Part shown: piece by piece, positions 61,079-64,000 of the stretch | Layout of the letters: the number at the start of each line of letters is the position of its first letter | Position numbering within the stretch: the stretch's first letter is position 1 | Source of the DNA: a virus | Length of the DNA: 64,000 nt | Virus record (IMG/VR): IMGVR_UViG_3300028549_003662 | Span: 32,001-96,000 of that record | Direction: 5' to 3' (one strand) | Notes under the pieces: model-generated | Databases searched by the model: none | What the model was told of the DNA's origin: nothing | Seen by the model: only the letters and a program-made list of their open reading frames with translations | Made by a program: the position numbers and the translations under genes

Positions 61079-63397
61079 CTATCCCTCGGTGAGGATGAGT
61101 TTGTAGTAACCGGATTTCACCCACGTGCCCGCCACATTGCGGTACATGTACGGCGAGACGCGCATGCTGAGCGAATTAGCGAGCTTGGGAGCGTAGCCGG
61201 AGACGGCTATGGTGCTCAACAACACACCGTAAGATTCCGTTTCGTAGTAGTAGAGCCCCGTGCACTCGTAGAGTGCGCCGCTGATTGCTTCGCTTGCGAC
61301 AATGCGCGGGTTGAACTTGGTACGCCCGAAGCCATGTGCGACATTGAAGTCGCCCGCTGCCGGAATAACGGCCGGAGCGCTTTCCCACAACCCAGGCATG
61401 CACTTGTCGTACGGCAGGATGTTGCTGCTCGCGTCGTTGCGGACCTGGCCAATCCAGCGCACGCCCGTTCCCAGCGTCGGGTGGAACCACGCGCGCGCTG
61501 CAGTGCAGTCATCGAAGCTCGCTACGAGGTTGCCGTAGCGGTCCATGAGCGGGGCCTGGGTGTCGAACATGAACGTCGGGGCGTTACCGGACTCCGGCCG
61601 CACCGCGTACATGTAGTAGATGGTGTTCGCGGCCTCGGTGAGCCCCGCACGCAGATTGCCAGAGAGCGTCACATTCTTAGCCTTCGTGACTTTCATGATG
61701 GCGCCATTGATCTCAATCTCGCCCGGCTGCACCTGCACGGTGTTGGCGTCGATGTACTTCGACCATACCGTGCAGATATTGGGGTTCGTGGTGGCGAGTT
61801 GCGACTTCACCTTCTTGTATATGCGGATGCGGCAGCTTACGGCGACACCGGCAGAGTGCACGTTAAGCGCCGTCACGGGACTCGTCGTGTTCGACCAAGA
61901 TGTTGTGAGAAGCGCGTTGTTTGCAGAGTTGCCGCCAACACAGATGCAGTTGCGTGGGGTGTTTGCTACTTTGAGGAATATGTCGGATACCGCAGACCTG
62001 CGCCCACCGACATAACCGATGTACAGACCAGGACGCGCGGAGCCAGACGAAGCCGCTACGGCTGAGCCCGTTCCTGTAAGCGACTGGTTCGGGTAATTCG
62101 CGGTCGCCTTATCTCCGTTGAGCGCGATATACACAGGCGTCGCGGCGTCAGAAAGCCCTTCGAACAGCACATGCGCGGTATCATCGAGTTCACCATCCCA
62201 GGGCAGCGTAACGTCGAGGACTTCGTTGTTGAGGTTCCACTCCTTGACGAGCTCTTCGCTCACGACCTCAACAGGCCGCACACCATCCACCCACTTGTAG
62301 ACCCTGATGGTTCCTGTGAAGGTATACGCTGTGGGGTTGACAACAACGGTATCCATGTTCGCGGTTCCGAGGTAGACGAAACCATCACTGCTGACGATCT
62401 GCCCGGCTGCTCCGGTGTGTCTGGCAGCGCCGCGCCACGTCCCTACCTTGGTGCGTTTGTTGAATTCCAAAACGTAGCTGCCTTGCGCGTATGCGGGCAC
62501 GAGGCGGAATCCGTTCAAATTAGTCAATCCCGCGCCAGCGGTGCTGGCCTGTCCGTAGAAGACCTGGTTGGCGTAGTTGGCAGCGGTGTCACTACTGAAT
62601 GTGGCGTTGAGGTGGCCGGTAATGCCCGCTCCGGGGTAGTCGACCTCGATGCGAAACTTCTCACAGTTGCTGACGTCAATGTTCTTGCCCGACAGCGACG
62701 CTGCATTGCTGCTGAATTCCGTGGTGAGCACCCAGCCAGATTGTGCAGTGGGGTCGATGAGGGCATTGAAGGCACTCACCCACGCGCCATCGTGGTACTG
62801 CATGGTCATGCCGGTGTCGACCACTACAGCCATGTCGCCCTCTTCCATTCCCGTGACCGCGTAGAGCTCAGCCATCGTGGCGTACTTGGTGATACCGCCA
62901 CCACCGCTGCCGCTGGTGAACTCCACCCAGGCCGTGTTGGTGTAGCGGTAGAGCTTGTCGGTATCGAGGACAGTGGCGAAGTCGCCGTCCGTCATCCCTG
63001 TGGCGGCCTGCAGGTCCGCCAAGGTGGCGAACTTCGGAATGCCCCCACCGGTAGAGGTGATCGCCACCCACTCCGCTGCAGTGGCGTCCCAGGAGTAGAG
63101 CTTGCGCGTCTCCAGGACGTGCACGACGAGACCGTCGTAGCGCTCGTCTGCCGCAATGGCATCGCGCTCCGTGATATCAGTGGCGATGCGAATGCCCGAC
63201 ACCTCCACCCAGGAGTCACCGTCCCAGGAGTACGTCTTGCGGGGCTGCGCCAGCACCTGCACGAGAAGGCCGTTGTAGCGCTCTCCTGCAGGAATGGCGT
63301 TGCGTGCGGCGATGTCAGCTACCACACGAACTGTTTTGCCGGTTCGCTCTTGGTAGAGGCCCTCGGCGAGTGCTTTAGTCCTTGGATCGTATGTCAT
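61079..63397 (-). CDS. tail fibre / receptor-binding protein
   Basis: Repeated modules (RNAIPAGERYNGL / RDAIAADERYDGL; FATLADL..ATGM / YATMAEL..VTGM; duplicated D.A.NY.NQ domain); beta-rich, G/T/A-rich; start MTYDPR. Confidence 0.8.
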   Translation of the reverse strand: MTYDPRTKALAEGLYQERTGKTVRVVADIAARNAIPAGERYNGLLVQVLAQPRKTYSWDGDSWVEVSGIRIATDITERDAIAADERYDGLVVHVLETRKLYSWDATAAEWVAITSTGGGIPKFATLADLQAATGMTDGDFATVLDTDKLYRYTNTAWVEFTSGSGGGGITKYATMAELYAVTGMEEGDMAVVVDTGMTMQYHDGAWVSAFNALIDPTAQSGWVLTTEFSSNAASLSGKNIDVSNCEKFRIEVDYPGAGITGHLNATFSSDTAANYANQVFYGQASTAGAGLTNLNGFRLVPAYAQGSYVLEFNKRTKVGTWRGAARHTGAAGQIVSSDGFVYLGTANMDTVVVNPTAYTFTGTIRVYKWVDGVRPVEVVSEELVKEWNLNNEVLDVTLPWDGELDDTAHVLFEGLSDAATPVYIALNGDKATANYPNQSLTGTGSAVAASSGSARPGLYIGYVGGRRSAVSDIFLKVANTPRNCICVGGNSANNALLTTSWSNTTSPVTALNVHSAGVAVSCRIRIYKKVKSQLATTNPNICTVWSKYIDANTVQVQPGEIEINGAIMKVTKAKNVTLSGNLRAGLTEAANTIYYMYAVRPESGNAPTFMFDTQAPLMDRYGNLVASFDDCTAARAWFHPTLGTGVRWIGQVRNDASSNILPYDKCMPGLWESAPAVIPAAGDFNVAHGFGRTKFNPRIVASEAISGALYECTGLYYYETESYGVLLSTIAVSGYAPKLANSLSMRVSPYMYRNVAGTWVKSGYYKLILTEG

Positions 63398-63411
63398 GTG
63401 TGCTCCCCTTT

Positions 63412-63744
63412 TTACATCACGTGCCAAGTAGCGCCGTCGCTGTACAACGTGTACGCAGCCATGAGTTCTGTTATCTCAAGAAGGCTTCCGCCGTCCACAA
63501 CATCTGTGCCCTTTGGCACAATACGAACTTTGTATACGCCAAAAACCTTTTTCACGCGTACAACGTCTTTTTCACACTCGGAGGCCGCAGGAAGTGTCAC
63601 CGTAACATCCGCAGCAGTGGCGGATACGAAGACCATTGCACTCGCCAACAACGTCGTATTGACACTGATGAAGAGGTTGTCGGCGTTGCTGCCGCCAAGC
63701 TCTTGGCTAGCGAGGCCGGACCCTGAAGCGAAGCGGTGCGCCAC
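63412..63744 (-). CDS. small virion structural protein
   Basis: VTVTLPAA...VKK...DVVDG...TLYSDGATWHV domain typical of tail-associated proteins. Confidence 0.65.
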   Translation of the reverse strand: MAHRFASGSGLASQELGGSNADNLFISVNTTLLASAMVFVSATAADVTVTLPAASECEKDVVRVKKVFGVYKVRIVPKGTDVVDGGSLLEITELMAAYTLYSDGATWHVM

Positions 63745-63747
63745 CGC

Positions 63748-64000
63748 CTACACCACGAACCACCCCAGCCCATCACAGACCAGGGAGTAGGAGGCGCCGA
63801 CCTCGTTGATTACAAGCTCTTCGTTGTGCTGGTCGACGAGCTCAGATCCGGTTGGGGCGATGGTGGCGTCGTTGCCGCCCTGCAGGAGCTTCACCAGCAC
63901 CGTCATGTCCTTGCTTGTCGCCACCGGAGGGAGCTGCACGAACACCGCGCGCGCCGTGGTGTCCACGAGCAGCGTGACGGACTTCGTGACGGTGTAGTTG
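63748..64000 (-). CDS. virion structural protein (5' end outside the window), paralog of 63412..63744
   Basis: VQLPPVA...VK...ELVD...SLVCDGLGWFVV; frame open to the window edge. Confidence 0.6.
   Translation of the reverse strand, partial: NYTVTKSVTLLVDTTARAVFVQLPPVATSKDMTVLVKLLQGGNDATIAPTGSELVDQHNEELVINEVGASYSLVCDGLGWFVV

Noticed and set aside
58146-63397. Diversity-generating retroelement acting on the tail fibre
   Set aside because: No reverse transcriptase and no near-identical TR/VR pair; the similarity is old protein-level paralogy.
113-63997. Many long plus-strand ORFs (e.g. 42609..44258, 60284..62065, 62171..63790)
   Set aside because: They are antisense shadows of GC-rich minus-strand genes, with no SD sites or recognisable motifs.
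1-64000. tRNA or rRNA genes, integrase, datZ, dpoZ
   Set aside because: None recognised by eye in this window; they may lie elsewhere in the genome.

Overview
This is a 64 kb segment of a large, GC-rich dsDNA tailed phage. Essentially all real genes lie on the minus strand and are tightly packed. Spanins, a class III RNR and Desulfovibrio-style CI-type HTH proteins suggest a Gram-negative anaerobic host (inference). In window order: (1) a C5 DNA methyltransferase interrupted by a LAGLIDADG intein exactly at its catalytic Cys; (2) about 33 kb of small early/host-takeover-type genes, including a Csx16-like ring nuclease, two CI-type HTH genes, a radical SAM gene and an intergenic type II hammerhead ribozyme; (3) a largely non-coding, repeat-rich block at about 35.8-38.2 kb, a possible origin or genome terminus; (4) a PurZ gene (2-aminoadenine pathway) followed by accessory genes (HNH, Toprim/TopoVI-A-like, kinase-like, MazG-like); (5) a nucleotide-metabolism cluster with speD, dut, nrdG and an intein-containing nrdD, whose glycyl-radical domain is split off as an unannotated 50-aa gene; (6) a membrane-protein-rich lysis cassette; (7) tail-fibre genes. 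All assignments come from motifs read by eye; no searches were run.
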